This document shows positions 22,191 to 35,170 of a stretch of 64,000 nt of DNA, piece after piece. The stretch is taken from NCBI GenBank assembly GCA_032718475.1, contig JAUCBJ010008566.1, positions 1 through 64,000 on the forward strand, given 5' to 3'. The position numbers and the translations under genes were made by a program. Positions within the stretch are counted from its first letter, which is position 1. The number at the start of each line of letters is the position of its first letter. This DNA comes from Nemertoderma westbladi. Its lineage: Eukaryota; Animalia; Xenacoelomorpha. Under the pieces are notes generated by a model. That model had not been told where the DNA came from. It did not search any database and saw only the letters and a program-made list of their open reading frames with translations.

Positions 22191-22867
22191 GTGCCGTTGT
22201 GAGAATGGGCTGGTCATTGAGGTATCCCTAGTATCTTGGACTGGTGAAGGTTCTAAGTAGCTGCTGGGTTGGATTAGCCTGGAACCTTGTATCATTCCCC
22301 CTTCAGCGCATAACCCGTATTTTGAAGGGGCACAGTTATGACACACTCGCTCAGGCTTGATGCAAGCGCATCTCAAACAACGGCCTGATTTGCCGTTGCA
22401 TCCGCAGCAGCTAGCATTTAGGGTAGAAGATAATCTTCCCTGAATGCAATTTTTGCATGTCCCCCCTGACGAGCAGTATGATGGATTTTCCCATCATACT
22501 CTACAGTTTGTTTGGAAATGCCCTACTAAATATATTTCTACAGCATGGGATTTTTGACGCCATTTACTCACAAAAATCGTTTTATCACATTTTAAAAAAT
22601 ATGATTTCGCTAAGCCTTTCCCACTGTAATATTTATGTTTTTTGTGAGAGGCCATACCGTAGTGACTTTAGTCACTAAATCCGGTATTAAATCTGCACTG
22701 CAAATTTTGAATTTTATAGATTATGAAGAATCCATATTTTTTGAATAGTTGATTATTTTTGGTCGGTTTATTGAATGATGTTTTACCTGTAAAGTGTTGA
22801 TAAAAGAGATCCACAGGAACGTAAAACGATAGGTTGCAAAGAATCGCAAAGAAACATACCCAGGACA

Positions 22868-24796
22868 ATGTGTGAAAGTGAAAGGCTGCTAGATTTATTA
22901 AAATGCGAACAAACTCCAGATAGTTCGCATGGGTCCCCTGTCACTGGTCATGGGTCACCATCAATGGGAACTCGGATTGTTGATAGAGTTCACGGGGTAT
23001 TTCGATCTGCGCGGAGTTGTGTGTCTGCTGATTGTGGTGAGATTTTTGAAGATTCATCGAGCGAAGGCAATGATGAAATAGATACAGCGAGGGAAGACAA
23101 TGCTAAAAGAGATCCACTAAGAAAATATCGAAATAAATGGGGTACTGCCCGCAATGGGTTCAGGTTCATTGGAGAAAGAGATAAACGGGTTAATGCCTGC
23201 CATGGTTCGAAGGTCATTGGAGAAAGAGATAAACGGGTTAATGCCTGCCATGGTTCGAAGGTCATTGGAGATAGAGATAAGCTGGGTAGTGGATCTCATG
23301 TCACTGGTCACAGGTCACCATCAATGGGGACCCAGATTGTTAATAGAGTTCACGGGGTATTCCGATCGGCGAGGAGTTGTGTGTCTGCTGATGATGGTGA
23401 GATGTTTGAAGATGCATTGAGCGAAGGGAATGATGAAATAGATACAGCGAGGGAAGACAATGCTAAAAGAGATCCACTAAGAAAATATCGAGATAAATGG
23501 GGTACTGCCCGCAATGGGTTCAGGTTCATTGGAGAAAGAGATAAACGGGTTAATGCCTGCCATGGTTCGAAGGTCATTGGAGATAGAGATAAACGGGGTA
23601 CTGCCTATGGGTCGAGGGTCATTACAGATAGCGATAAGTGGGGTACTGCCCAAGGGTCGCGAGTCATTGGAGATAGGGATAAATGGGGTACTGCCCAAAG
23701 GTCGCGGGTCATTGGAGAAAGAGATAAATGGGTTACTGCCCATGGGTCGAGGGTCATTGGAGATAGAGATAAATGGGGTACTGCCCAAGGGTCGAGGGTC
23801 ATTGGAGATAGAGATAAATGGGGTACTGCCCAAGGGTCGCGGGTCATTGGAGAAAGATATAAATGGGGTACTGCCCAAGGGTCGAGGGTCATTGGAGATA
23901 GAGATAAATGGGGAACTGCCCATGGGTCGAGGGACATTGGAGATAGAGATAAATGGGGTACTGCCCAAGGGTCGCGGGTCATTGGAGAAAGAGATAAATG
24001 GGGTACTGCCCATGGGTCGAGGGTCATTAGAGATAGAGATAAATGGGGTACTGCCCAAGGGTCGTGGGTCATTGGAGATAAAGATAATTGGGGAACTGCC
24101 CATGGGTCACTGGTCATTGGAGATAGAGATAAATGTGGTACTGCCCAAGGGTTGCGGGTCATTGGAGAAAGAGACAAATTGGGTACAGCCCATGGGTCGA
24201 GGGTCATTGGAGATAGAGATAAATGGGGTACTGCCCATGGGTCGAGGGTAATTGGAGATAGAGATACGCGGGGTACTGCCCATGGGTCGAGGGCCATTGG
24301 AGATAGAGATAAATGGGGTACTGCCCATGGGTCGAGGGTCATTGGAGATAGAGATAAATGGGGTACTGCCCATGGGTCTAGGGTCATTGGAGATAGAGAT
24401 AAATGGGGAACTGCCCATAGGTCACGGGACATTGGAGAAAGAGATAATCGGGGTAGTCCCCGCTTGTTTCCTGAAATTCAAAATGGACGAAGTAGTGCGC
24501 ATGGGTCTCGTGTCACTAGTAACAGGTCACCATCAATGGGAACCCGGTTTGTTAATAGAGTTCACGGGGTATACCGATCTGCGCAGAGTTGTGTGTCTGC
24601 TGATGATGATGGTGAGATGGTTGAAGATCCATCCGGAGAAGGCAATGATAGAATAGATACAGTTGTGGGAGATGTACAACATTCAATATGGGAAGAAAGT
24701 GATGTAGAAAGAATTATGGATGATCTTCCTATATACACAAGAGCTTCACAACGCAGCGCGACCATAAGGTCTTACAGGAAAATTATCAATCAATAA
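22868..24796 (+). CDS. Orphan 642-aa protein with 15-aa tandem repeats (GDRDKWGTAHGSRVI) and a module present three times
   Basis: Uninterrupted ORF built on a 45-bp repeat (~23120-24450) and a 360-bp duplication. The stop codon overlaps AATAAA, as in the paralog at 16702. Confidence 0.45.
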   Translation: MCESERLLDLLKCEQTPDSSHGSPVTGHGSPSMGTRIVDRVHGVFRSARSCVSADCGEIFEDSSSEGNDEIDTAREDNAKRDPLRKYRNKWGTARNGFRFIGERDKRVNACHGSKVIGERDKRVNACHGSKVIGDRDKLGSGSHVTGHRSPSMGTQIVNRVHGVFRSARSCVSADDGEMFEDALSEGNDEIDTAREDNAKRDPLRKYRDKWGTARNGFRFIGERDKRVNACHGSKVIGDRDKRGTAYGSRVITDSDKWGTAQGSRVIGDRDKWGTAQRSRVIGERDKWVTAHGSRVIGDRDKWGTAQGSRVIGDRDKWGTAQGSRVIGERYKWGTAQGSRVIGDRDKWGTAHGSRDIGDRDKWGTAQGSRVIGERDKWGTAHGSRVIRDRDKWGTAQGSWVIGDKDNWGTAHGSLVIGDRDKCGTAQGLRVIGERDKLGTAHGSRVIGDRDKWGTAHGSRVIGDRDTRGTAHGSRAIGDRDKWGTAHGSRVIGDRDKWGTAHGSRVIGDRDKWGTAHRSRDIGERDNRGSPRLFPEIQNGRSSAHGSRVTSNRSPSMGTRFVNRVHGVYRSAQSCVSADDDGEMVEDPSGEGNDRIDTVVGDVQHSIWEESDVERIMDDLPIYTRASQRSATIRSYRKIINQ

Positions 24797-25079
24797 ATCG
24801 ACAAAAAATTTCATAGGCCAAGTTTATAATCTTTAACATTTTGTTTTTTATGGTAGTTCTTTTTTTTTTATAGTAGCAAGAACGCCATTCATTTTTATAC
24901 GAAAAAATATTGATTTAGTTCATATTGATATTGTAACAAATGGTATGTGTTGGGATAGTCAGTCATACCGGTAACGACTACTGTATGAATCAATGTTGAC
25001 AGTGCAGTAAAAATTCACCAGCCGTATAATGTTCTCCATTTTGTACTTCCTTTTCTACTGCTTTTTTTTATTTTTTTTT

Positions 25080-26925
25080 ACTAGACTCTAGACTACTAGT
25101 ATCTCAGATTGTTGATAATGATAATAATTTACTATAACAATAACAATATTGAGGGATATCTGTGGAAATGTGAGTCTATAAATAAATAAAGTTCGAAAGT
25201 TTATAGCCCTGGCAAACCGGCACCATCATCCAATCTGAGTCCAGAGCGGGGGGCAAACCGGCACCGTCGTCCAAACCGAATCCAAAGCGGGCAAACCGGC
25301 ACCATCGTCCAAACCGAGTCCAAGGTGGGCAAACCGGCACTGTCATCCAAACTGAGTCCAGAGCGGGCAAACCAGCACCGTCGTCCAATCCGAGTCCAGA
25401 GCTGGGGGGCAAACTGGCACCGTCGTCCAAACCGAGTCCAAAGCGAGCAAACCGGCACTGTCATCCAAACCGAGTCCAGAGCGGGCAAACCGGCACCGTC
25501 GTCCAATCCGAGTCCAGAGCGGGCAATCCGGCACCGTCGTCCAATCCGAGTCCATAGTGCCACTTGATCCAGGATCCACAAAGGCAGTGAGAAGCGCCTC
25601 GAATTATAGCGAACTGGATTCACTGTCTGACCCACCCCATTACCATGCTGTATGGCTTCGCCCTTACCTGACTCAGACGGCATGCAAGGACACGAAGCAA
25701 CGAAGCAAGATGCCACAAATGACACTTCAGCTCCTTCTAGGACTGTCATTGGGGCGCGTCCCACATATGACTCGGCGCCAAGGTTAGTTAGCCTAACGTC
25801 AATCAACGCCTGAGTCAGGGGTTGAACATGCCCCGGATTGCCAGGTCGCAGCGGAGTCCGTTGGCCTCTCCAGAGGTGTCTGTGTGTCGCTCTTGGACAA
25901 CCGGTTCCCTTAAAACATTTGTCTGAATGCGAGGGCAGCTACATCACCGATTGTGTCCCAGAGCTCGTTGTGCTGCTGGATAACAAGGAGCCCTGATTTA
26001 CAATTCAACCCATGTTTGAGGTTGAAGGGGGCCCCACAGCCATCGCAGCAGCTGGGCACTCTTGCAAGTGGTTGGCCAGATTGAATGGCAAGGCTGTCGC
26101 GGAATTCGCCTGGGGATAGGTCGAATTCATATTTCGCAAATTGTAGTGTGTTAATCCAGCTACCGATCTTATTCTGTGGCCCACTGTATTGTGTTGATCC
26201 GATCCTCCGGAAGATCCTCCAGAATTTCCTCTACCTCTGTAGTGTTGGCAGCATTGCAACGAATGTTGGTGGTCTTTAGGGCCTCTCAAAGTTACTCATG
26301 GTGACTGACCAGGCTGAACTCCTCTTCGAGAAGTATTGCCCCCACAAGGTGTTTAGTAGAGGAGATTGAGTGGGCAACTCATGTTCGGTCTCCTTTGTTG
26401 GGTTACAGAGTCCCAGGCCACCTCTCCGAGGTGACAATGCTGATAGGCGGCGCTCTCTTCCGGTGATACTTCCATATCCGCTTTTCCGTCAAAGACTGCG
26501 GGAAGGTACAACTCCGCTAGAAACCTTGACCACCGTGGCCACCTAGAAACCGGTGCCCTGTTACCACCTCAATCTGGTGCTTCGCAAACATTTTGCGACC
26601 AACATCAACAAACTGGGGGCTCACTACGAGGTAACAATTACTCGGTTCGGGGTGGTATCCAAAAGAGGGTCCAAGTGACAGGAGCTTCTCAAACCATTCG
26701 AGTAGTGCACTGAGATCAGCCGACCCAGAATACTGTCAGAATACTGTGTCCGCGGTAGCCAAAATAGGAATGCTGAGCACCGTGGCCACAACCAACGCAC
26801 ATTCCAAAGTGCGGTGGTCCTATTGAGGGAGTTAAATGCATTCGCCACATTCACGAGCAGCACTCCCCAGCCGTCCTCAGATCGGCTTCCAAACAAAGTG
26901 GTCATGGAGTGCACTGCGGCCTCAA
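25080..26925 (-). mobile_element. Heavily deleted, 5'-truncated CRE-clade element
   Basis: EAAVHSM...[34 protein letters not shown] and the terminal GLGLDDGAGLP both match ORF 51715..56145. A-rich tail at ~25062-25079. Confidence 0.8.
25208..25556. repeat. ~38-42 bp tandem amplification (~9 copies) of the last CRE codons (SGLGLDDGAGLP)
   Basis: Unit GGCAAACCGGCACCGTCGTCCAAACCGAGTCCAGAGCG. Confidence 0.9.
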
Positions 26926-27026
26926 AAATGCAAAAAAAAGTGAATATGACATACTTTGCTGAGTCTAGCCGTTGGCGTATGGGAGACCAACCCCATCCTC
27001 GAGCCCCAGCCCACTGCTAGCGCCAC

Positions 27027-27510
27027 TTCCCCCGAGATTCCGATCAGCTTATGGAATTAATTAAATTATTCTGGAACATCAATCTTTCGATCTTTATTTT
27101 CCAATACTCTACAGTTTGTTTTGAAATGCCCCACTAAATATATTTCTTAGCATGGGATTTTTGACAACTGAACTGATCTGACAAAAAACGTTTGTCACAT
27201 TTTCATAAAAAGGATTTCGCTAAGCCTTTCCCACTGTAATATTTATGATTTTTGTGAGAGGCCATAACGTAGTGACTTTAATCACTAATTCCGGTATTAA
27301 ATCTGCACCGCAAATTTTGAATTTTACAGATAATGAAGAAGCCATATTTTTTGAATAGTTGATTATTTTTGTTGGTTTATTGAATGAAGTTTTACTGTAA
27401 AGTGTTGATGAAAGAGATTCTCCACAAAACCCTCGCGGAGATCGGAAAATAAAAGGAACACGGAGGATATTCAGTAGTAATAAACGGAAAGTGGAAGGTT
27501 GCAAAGAATT
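27027..27510 (+). repeat. Uninterrupted copy of the tandem-family upstream segment
   Basis: Matches 17506-17587 joined to 22485-22850, i.e. the empty-site equivalent of the CRE insertion. Confidence 0.85.
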
Positions 27511-28489
27511 ATTAGGTCCGATGACCGACAAGTTATGTCGTAAAGCCGATAGTTTGCTAGATAAAAATACGGGAAGTACAGATGGAAATACGAAAAAAAA
27601 CAAATCCATATCCCACAATTCACCACCCAGCAAATTTACACTTTCAAGAAATCCATGGGGGCCGAGCCCCAACACTCTTATAGCGAAGGAGTCTACTGGT
27701 GTGCACCACGGAGCTAGCCACAGAGGCGAGGACGTCTACTGGTGTGCACCACGGAGGTAGCCACAGAGGCGAGGAGGTCTACTGAATCGGATCGGGAATT
27801 CAATCGACGACTGACAAATGTTGAGAATACCACGGCAAAGCTGCTCGGGATTTTAAATATAACAAATATTAGTATGTAATTACGTTAGTACTTAAGTTAT
27901 TCAATATTTTCATATATGATGTAACTTATCATCTAATAAATCCATACCAACACAACACCTTTATGGACATTATTGTTTTCTCGCGACCTACTGAAGTTAT
28001 AAAATACCACCTGCCAGCCTGATCCGCTAATCCTAAAACCTTTGTAACATTATTCAATAATTAATTACTCATTTTCCAGGTTTGTGGTCCCCCCCCCCCC
28101 CCCCCCCCCCCCTCCGGCCAAGAAAGTCATTAAAAAGTCATTAAAAGCCTCAATTTACGTAGTGACTACTGTATTATTTCAACCAATCACAGCTTATTAT
28201 AGCTATTAATTCATAATTTACTAACCAATCTCAGGTCAATATTTGGACGACCCCACCCGTTACCATAGCATCATTACTTGTTCTTTGAATTCCCACTAGA
28301 CGTGTTAAAGGTGACCTCGAAAATTGAGTTCAGGCATTGGCTCAGTGTCTGGTGTAATAAGGTGTATGGTGTAACTGGTGTCTGGTGGTTGGTGTCTAGT
28401 GGCTGGTGGCTGGTGTCTGGTGCAGAAGGTAACTTCTACTACTTTTCAGTTCTTGCAGAACTTTTCTGTTTTCACGATCACGTGATCAG

Positions 28490-30725
28490 TGTTCGCGCTT
28501 TCAGACCTTTAGCAGTTTAACCTGCCAATTTTAGGTGTCCTCTTGTTTATAAATCGACTTTAGCCTATAACAAGTATTTAGTGCACATGAAGTAACATTA
28601 GCCGAAGCCAGTCTATGCGCGATCATTCACCCACAGTTAAGGGAGACTGAATTCGGGTGCTTTGAAGTTATTGCGTTGCAGACCTACTGTATTATTCGAT
28701 TGATCGTTACTATATAATCTCTGACAATATTATTCACTTTCGGGGAAATATTAACAGTTCCTTTAGGACGTGGCGCTTTAAGTATAAAACAGAGTTATGA
28801 CTTACACTAAACACAACGAGATGGTTACTGATTTTCGTAAATAGCGCATTCTTTAGGAGATGCTTTATTATCTGTCACACTGCTGCATACGACTTCACAC
28901 TGCTGCACACTGATCTGCCGACCGTCACTGAATTCGACCATATAGAAGGAGGATAGCAACTGACACATGTAGGGATTATGAAATAGCATTTAATTCACAC
29001 TAAAACCACTATAATGTAAGTCGCAATTGCTACCGGTAACCAGTCCCTCTTACCTTCAGTAATCAAGAAGATTGGGGGTTTTATGATTATTTATCGGTAT
29101 TCTCCAAATATAACAACATATCCAATATAACAATTAATAACAGACAGTAAACAGCAGTAAAATAATGCGGTGAATAGGATTGAGTGAGTGCAGTTTGATC
29201 AGTCAGGCCCAGTTGTTATGGTTTGTTGCACAGTTGCACAGTGCAGATAATAGATTTACGTTCTTATAATCAAAGCCGTCTAATGTTGGCCAAAGTCTGA
29301 AACTTCCAACACAGAAGTACAGAAGAATTTCCAAGCAGTTGTTCTCGCTCAGAAAGGTAAACAAAGACCGTAATGCATTGCGCGGTTTTCCATAGGCCTC
29401 TGTACAAGATAAAATGAAAATCGCTCTGATTGGCCGAGCCTGAACAAAGAGAGGCTCCACGTGTACAGTAAATCAGCTGACAGATTTCGTCATCGGAGTT
29501 CCAGTCTTTTAGAGTATTAGGCGTATTGCGGCAGAAAATGGCTTGTTATGTCCGCTAAAACACCTACAGGGTACATTGCGGAGAAAATGGCTTGTTATGT
29601 CCGCTAAAACAACTACACAGTTCATTGCGGAGAAAAATGACTTGTTATATCCGCAAAAGCTTTTACAAGGCTCCCAGAAAATGGGATTTAATTCTATAAA
29701 ATATAAAAAATCACAGTTTCTAAAATATAAAAATACTCTAAACAGTTAGTCCTTCTTACGCGAACGGCGTTTACGCAGTTTTTTGAGGCTAGCAAGAGTC
29801 CTTTTCTCTTTGGGGCGAGCCACTTTACTAGGAGGGCTATAACTCCTAGGTGAAGGGTGCAATACAATTGCATCAGAAGGTTTAGGGTTACGGTCGGTGT
29901 ATCCGCCGGTCGAGGTACCCGGTTGATCGGTATCAACCTCAGTGGAACGAGGTCGAACAACCTTGAGAGCGCGTTTTAAGACAGCAGCTCTTACTGGTCC
30001 CTGATGGGTCGTTTGCACGAGAGCGGTAGGTGGACCGTATGTAGTGAGAAATTTCCTCGGTTTGATGGTTCTTTCCGACTCGCGTTCTCGGGCTCTGTTG
30101 AAATCGATATGCTTCTCCTCGAGCTGATTTTCCTCAGCTTGTTGTTGGAGGCATTCGTCCAAAACTCTTTCAGAGAGTAGGGTCGTCCAAGTTCGATATC
30201 TTCTTAGAGGTCCTGGATTTCCCGATCGAGCTGAGATAAAGCTAATTCGTTTACCGCTTGGACTTGCTGCTGCAATTTACGTTTCTCTAAACAATCGTAG
30301 GTTCCTTTTCCGATCTTTTGTCGAATAGTGTCTAACGCATTGCGTACAACTTTCTCCTCCACCTCGGTGACAGGTTGTATCGGGGTTAAACCGGGTTGAT
30401 TATACGGGTTGAACGGCGATATTAAATGTCCGCGTCCCAATCCAGCTAGGTAGGATGGGCGAATATCTAGGGAGCCCACAACCGGAGTGCCACTGACTTA
30501 TTGTTCGGGTAACACTAGATCTTTGAACAATTAGTACAGTTCAGGAGGATCCGTCATACTATTAGGATCAAGAGTCTGAGGTCTCACCAGGGAATGAGGA
30601 GGTCTGACCGAGTATTCCGGAACTCCGATCATAAGTTCATCCAAGGACCATTTGAGTCGAGCGAGCGTAGGTAATACGTCGAACAAGTTTCGCTCGAAAC
30701 TCCCGTAAATATAGTGAGTAAAACT
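28490..30725 (-). mobile_element. BEL/Pao copy C: 3' fragment (extra-ORF remnant 29746-30725 and 3' LTR 28490-29667)
   Basis: LTR ends conserved; PPT-like CTGGGAGCCT next to the LTR; extra-ORF tail KKLRKRRSRKKD. Confidence 0.9.
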
Positions 30726-33373
30726 TTGCAACTGTCCAACTAACCATAACAACTGGTCACTTGGCACCTGCGGTACCGGTATTACCGATACTGGCTGAAT
30801 ATCACCACATTATTGTACTTCTGTTTACTGTCTGTTATTAATGGTTATATGTTGATGGATATGTTGTTATATTTGGAGAATATTGATAAATAATCATAAA
30901 ACCCCCAATCTTCTTGATTACTAAAGGTTAGAGGGACCGGTTACCGGTAGCAATTGCGACTTACATTACAGTGGTTTTAGTGTGCATTAAATGCTATTTC
31001 ATAATCCCTACATGTGTCAGTTGCTATCCTCCTTATATATGATCAAATTCAGTGACGGTCGGCAGATCAGTGTGAAGCAGTGTGAAGTCGTGTGCAGTAG
31101 TGTGACAGATAATAAAGCATCTCCTAAAGAATGCGCTATTTACGAAAATCAGTAGCCATCTCGTTGTGTTTAGTATAAGTCATAACTCTGTTTTATACTT
31201 AAAGCGCCACGTCCTAAAGGAACTGTTAATATTTCCCCGAAAGTGAATAATATTGTCAGAGATTATATAGTAACGATCAATCGAATAATACAGTAGGTCT
31301 GCAACGCAATAAATTCAAAGCACCCGAATCCAGTCTCCCTTAACTGTTGGTGAATGATCGCGCATAGACTGGCTTCGGCTAATGTTACTTCATGTGCATT
31401 AAATAATTGTTATAGGCTAAAGTCGATTTATAAACAAGAGGACACCTAAAATTGGCAGGTTAAACTGCTAAAGGTCTGAAAGCGCGAACAATAATAGATT
31501 TCTAGATTCTTTATTGCACCGTAGGCAATAAAGTCGAAGGTACCGGTCGAACGGTAAGCTGTAGGCCTAACTGCCCAACTGCCCGAACCGGTACTTACAG
31601 GTACAGCAGTATTATTCGATTTTGATAATTATATACCGGTAGGTCTTGATATTTAATCAGGGACGCCTGGTTTTTTATTGGGATTTTACTTATTTCTGTC
31701 AGTTTTATTTATTTGTAAGTGTAATATTGAGCAGAAGGCGTGTAAGCCTGCTCAGATTGTATAAATAATTTGTAGGCTGGATTGTTGTCTGACTGTTGTT
31801 AAGTCTGAAGAGATTGCAGTGTGTGTAGAGTGTATGTCCGATAAAGTACTAGTTAGGAAGGTGACAGCATCCAGTGCTGTAAGGTAAATCCCCCCCGAAA
31901 GAATAAGTCGTACTACTCGGTTAGAACGCATACTAACTAACCATTTCGGAGTCTGCATATACTGTAGTTTATTTAGGCTTGATAGTAGTCTGCCAGCGTT
32001 TGGTTTGTATTTTGTTTGTGTAGTCTGTACGGGTAGCGTAATATTTACTATTCAGAGTCTATGCTATTATTCGCAACCTACATAATCCCAAGTTTATTCC
32101 TACAGTAATTGTGCTTGTTATACATACCGTTATAGTTATATTAACCCCGGTACTACATCAGGGCTGCTTGGCGTAGGTAAAGACTGGTGATTTTATGCTC
32201 TAGTCACTCCAGCAGATACCGAGGTTCTCTTAGCTGTACAAGTATATTCAACTGCTGGTTATTTGTTGTATAAGTACTTGTACCTAATTTAGGGTTCAGT
32301 GTACAGTGCTTTCCGAAAGTAATTAGTGTGTAGGCAGTATATTTGTGTTGTAAAGTGGTTAATAGGCACGTTAGCTCTGGTTGGCTGCGGTAATTAACTT
32401 CTAGGTAAGAACACTCCGGGTACATAATGTAGTACTTATAGAGCTGTACAGCTAAAGACTATAAGTCATCAGACGGTGGTATTTTCTTATCTGGACAACG
32501 CAATTTATTTACTACTGCTTAATTATTTTTAAATACCGTAGTATCCTGTCCATTTGTAAGAACCAGAAATTCTAACTTCTTGTTAGGCTGGTTTGTAGAA
32601 AATTTGTACGTGTAACTTTTGTGTTTATTTAGAGATTGTAATCTCACCCAGTAATTGTACGTAATTTGTAGTAATAAGTAACTTAGTCAAGTAGAACTAT
32701 TTGTTTTAGTGTCCAACAAGTAGCACTTTACTGAGAGCGTACAGCTTCTGTGTAGTGACTCCTTACCAGAAATAATAACATTTATTTTAAATATTGTCAA
32801 AAACCCATTATAAGGGTATATATATATTATAAATCAACTCAAACCAATTTATAAAATAGTAGGCCTGTTATCCATCAATTAGGTCTTAATATCAGTTGGA
32901 CTACTGCTTAATATCAGTAATAAAGTAAAGAAAAGTAACCCTAAAATTCAGAAATTCAATTATTATAAAATAATTGACATACCGGTATTTACGATAGGCT
33001 TATTATATTTATTTCCATAAATTTAAGCTGAAATTATATACCGGTATTCTGTAATTAATTCAAGTCTATAATCATACTTATATATACTATAAGTGTAAGT
33101 TGTATACCGGTATTCACGGTAGGCTTATTATATATATTTCTATATATTTATGCTGAAATTATATACCGGTATTCTATGACAAACCCTAGTCTGTAATAAT
33201 ACTTATATATATACTATAAGTGGATACCGGTATTCTAATATATTATATATATATATCGCGTTACATTGAGTAACGATATCGGTAATTAATTACTAGGCTA
33301 ACAGTTGATACTGCATTACTAGACTTGCTTTAACTGTCGTTATATTAGTAGGCATTCAACTGTACAATCAAAC

Positions 33374-33997
33374 ATGGCTGACACAAAGCAAACTCTGTCA
33401 GATAGTCTCCTAGAAACAACAGTCTGCGACTCCGACAGGAGTACCGAACATTTGAGACCAAAGTTCAAGTCCCCTCCTACTGTAAGAAAAGTCATCCCTT
33501 CAGTAGTAGTATCAGACCCTAGGCTAGTAAAGCACCGTAGGTCTATCATAGGCACTCGGGCTCAAGTCAAGCGGGACCAAGAGGCAGCTGTTAAACAGCA
33601 GCAACACCCGAGCCGAGAACTTATTTCTCAGCGGCCCGATAGCTCCGGTAGTTCAGATACTGTAGAGTTGACACCCGAGCGCAGAGCAAAGATGGCAGAA
33701 GCAGTTTATTCGGATCCACTTCTCATTCTTCCTGAAGCCGTACTCACTAGAGTATTGATTGCGGTGGAGGAACATCAAATCGATTGGGCGAGAAGTAAGC
33801 GATCGACCAAGGACAGTTATGCGGGATACACAAAGGAGGAACTGAAGTCTATTGTCGAGACGCAATGGAACTTCCCCGGACCCGGACTCCCGTTTAACTT
33901 ATCGGAAGCTGCCTGGGAGGACTTATACAGGATGGGAGTAGTAAAGGACACTAGAGATCCAGCAATAGAGTCTGTTAAACCCTTTGACCATCTGTAA
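33374..33997 (+). pseudogene. gag: Truncated gag N-terminus of copy D
   Basis: Homologous to copy A gag for ~198 aa, then reads through the deletion junction to a stop. Confidence 0.85.
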
Positions 33998-35170
33998 TTC
34001 TAGTCGATTAAGATATCGCGGCACCCACCGATATACTTGAAAGACAAAATTCTAGAATCAATGGTTAACGTCCCCAGACATGTTCTGGAATAAATCGGTG
34101 CCCATCTTAAATATTACATAGTTAATATTTATAAAAATCTATTAAAACAAATGTTATAATAGAGTAAATGCATACAAATAAACTCTAAGGAGTTTGTAAA
34201 CCAAGAAAATCTATGAATCAAAATCTGTTAAATTTTAGATCCTTTAAAAATTCTAGTCGATTAAGATATCGTAGTACTTACCAATACCCTTAAAAGGACA
34301 AATTTCCTAGAATCAAGGATCCCAGTCCCCAGACATGCTCTGGAATAAAATTGCGCCTATTTAACATTAAATAATAAAATTAACGGGAATAAATTTAAAT
34401 TCATATCTTCTCATGAATTTGATAAATTGTATTTTATACAATTTATAATATTCCCAAACTTCCATTAATTAATAGATCATGGGAGCGGAGATTCACCCTA
34501 TTAAGTGTATTAGTGTGCGAGAATCTCCAATATATAGTCAATAGCCGATAAAATTCATAAAATCATGTATGAAGGGGAATATTGACAATTAAAGAATTAC
34601 TATTAAATAGCATCCCAGATCTGTATGCATGAGAATTACCCTAATTCTACTGCTAGCTTTCCATAATGTCACCATGGCAACAACCACGCTAGAATTAGAA
34701 GCGAGTTAAAAGAACAATATAAAGCTTGCCTCATTGAATAGCATACGGAATAAATAGCGCACTGCTAGTATCCAGGGATACATAATAATAACGTGGCATT
34801 CTGAAAGGCACTTGACTAACGGACAAATGGCCCGAATGTGTACAATTTGTGACAGTTGTGTGGAATTTGTGCGTTTATAGGTGAATGTTAATACTAAAGT
34901 GTGTTTACAGTAGCGAGTCGCAGTTGTGAAAGTAGCCCTACCTCTGCAGTAAGAACCTGAAGTAAATCTAAGCCCTTGGGACGGACAGTGGAGTGACTCG
35001 CGCTGGTTGTTGTTGTCGTTGTGTAGCTACTATGTTGGCGATAGACACAACGGCGACAGTACATCAGCGCTGAGGAACTTGCGCTGTCCGGGGGCATTGA
35101 GGTGGAGGCAGCAACGACCGCTAGCCTAAATTATAATTAATTATAATATCGATAAACTCATATAGCAGCT

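Larger units (their letters stand above)
17588..22484 (-). mobile_element. Decayed, probably near full-length CRE-clade non-LTR retrotransposon with 13-bp TSD
   Basis: TSD ATTTTCCCATCAT at 17575-17587 and 22485-22497. N-terminal CXC-like Cys cluster CCGCNGKSGRCLRCACIK..CHNC (~22310-22410). RT motifs IALDKQPGVRPIGIGE, EGMTQSDPL, WFTDDS. C-terminal RHNEVR...ADLV...FDIAV restriction-like endonuclease. Confidence 0.88.

Noticed and set aside
22464-22520. Hammerhead ribozyme (CTGACGA followed by a stem) or HDV-like ribozyme at the CRE 5' end
   Set aside because: No GAAA follows the stem, half of the stem is target DNA, and an HDV double pseudoknot could not be built by eye.
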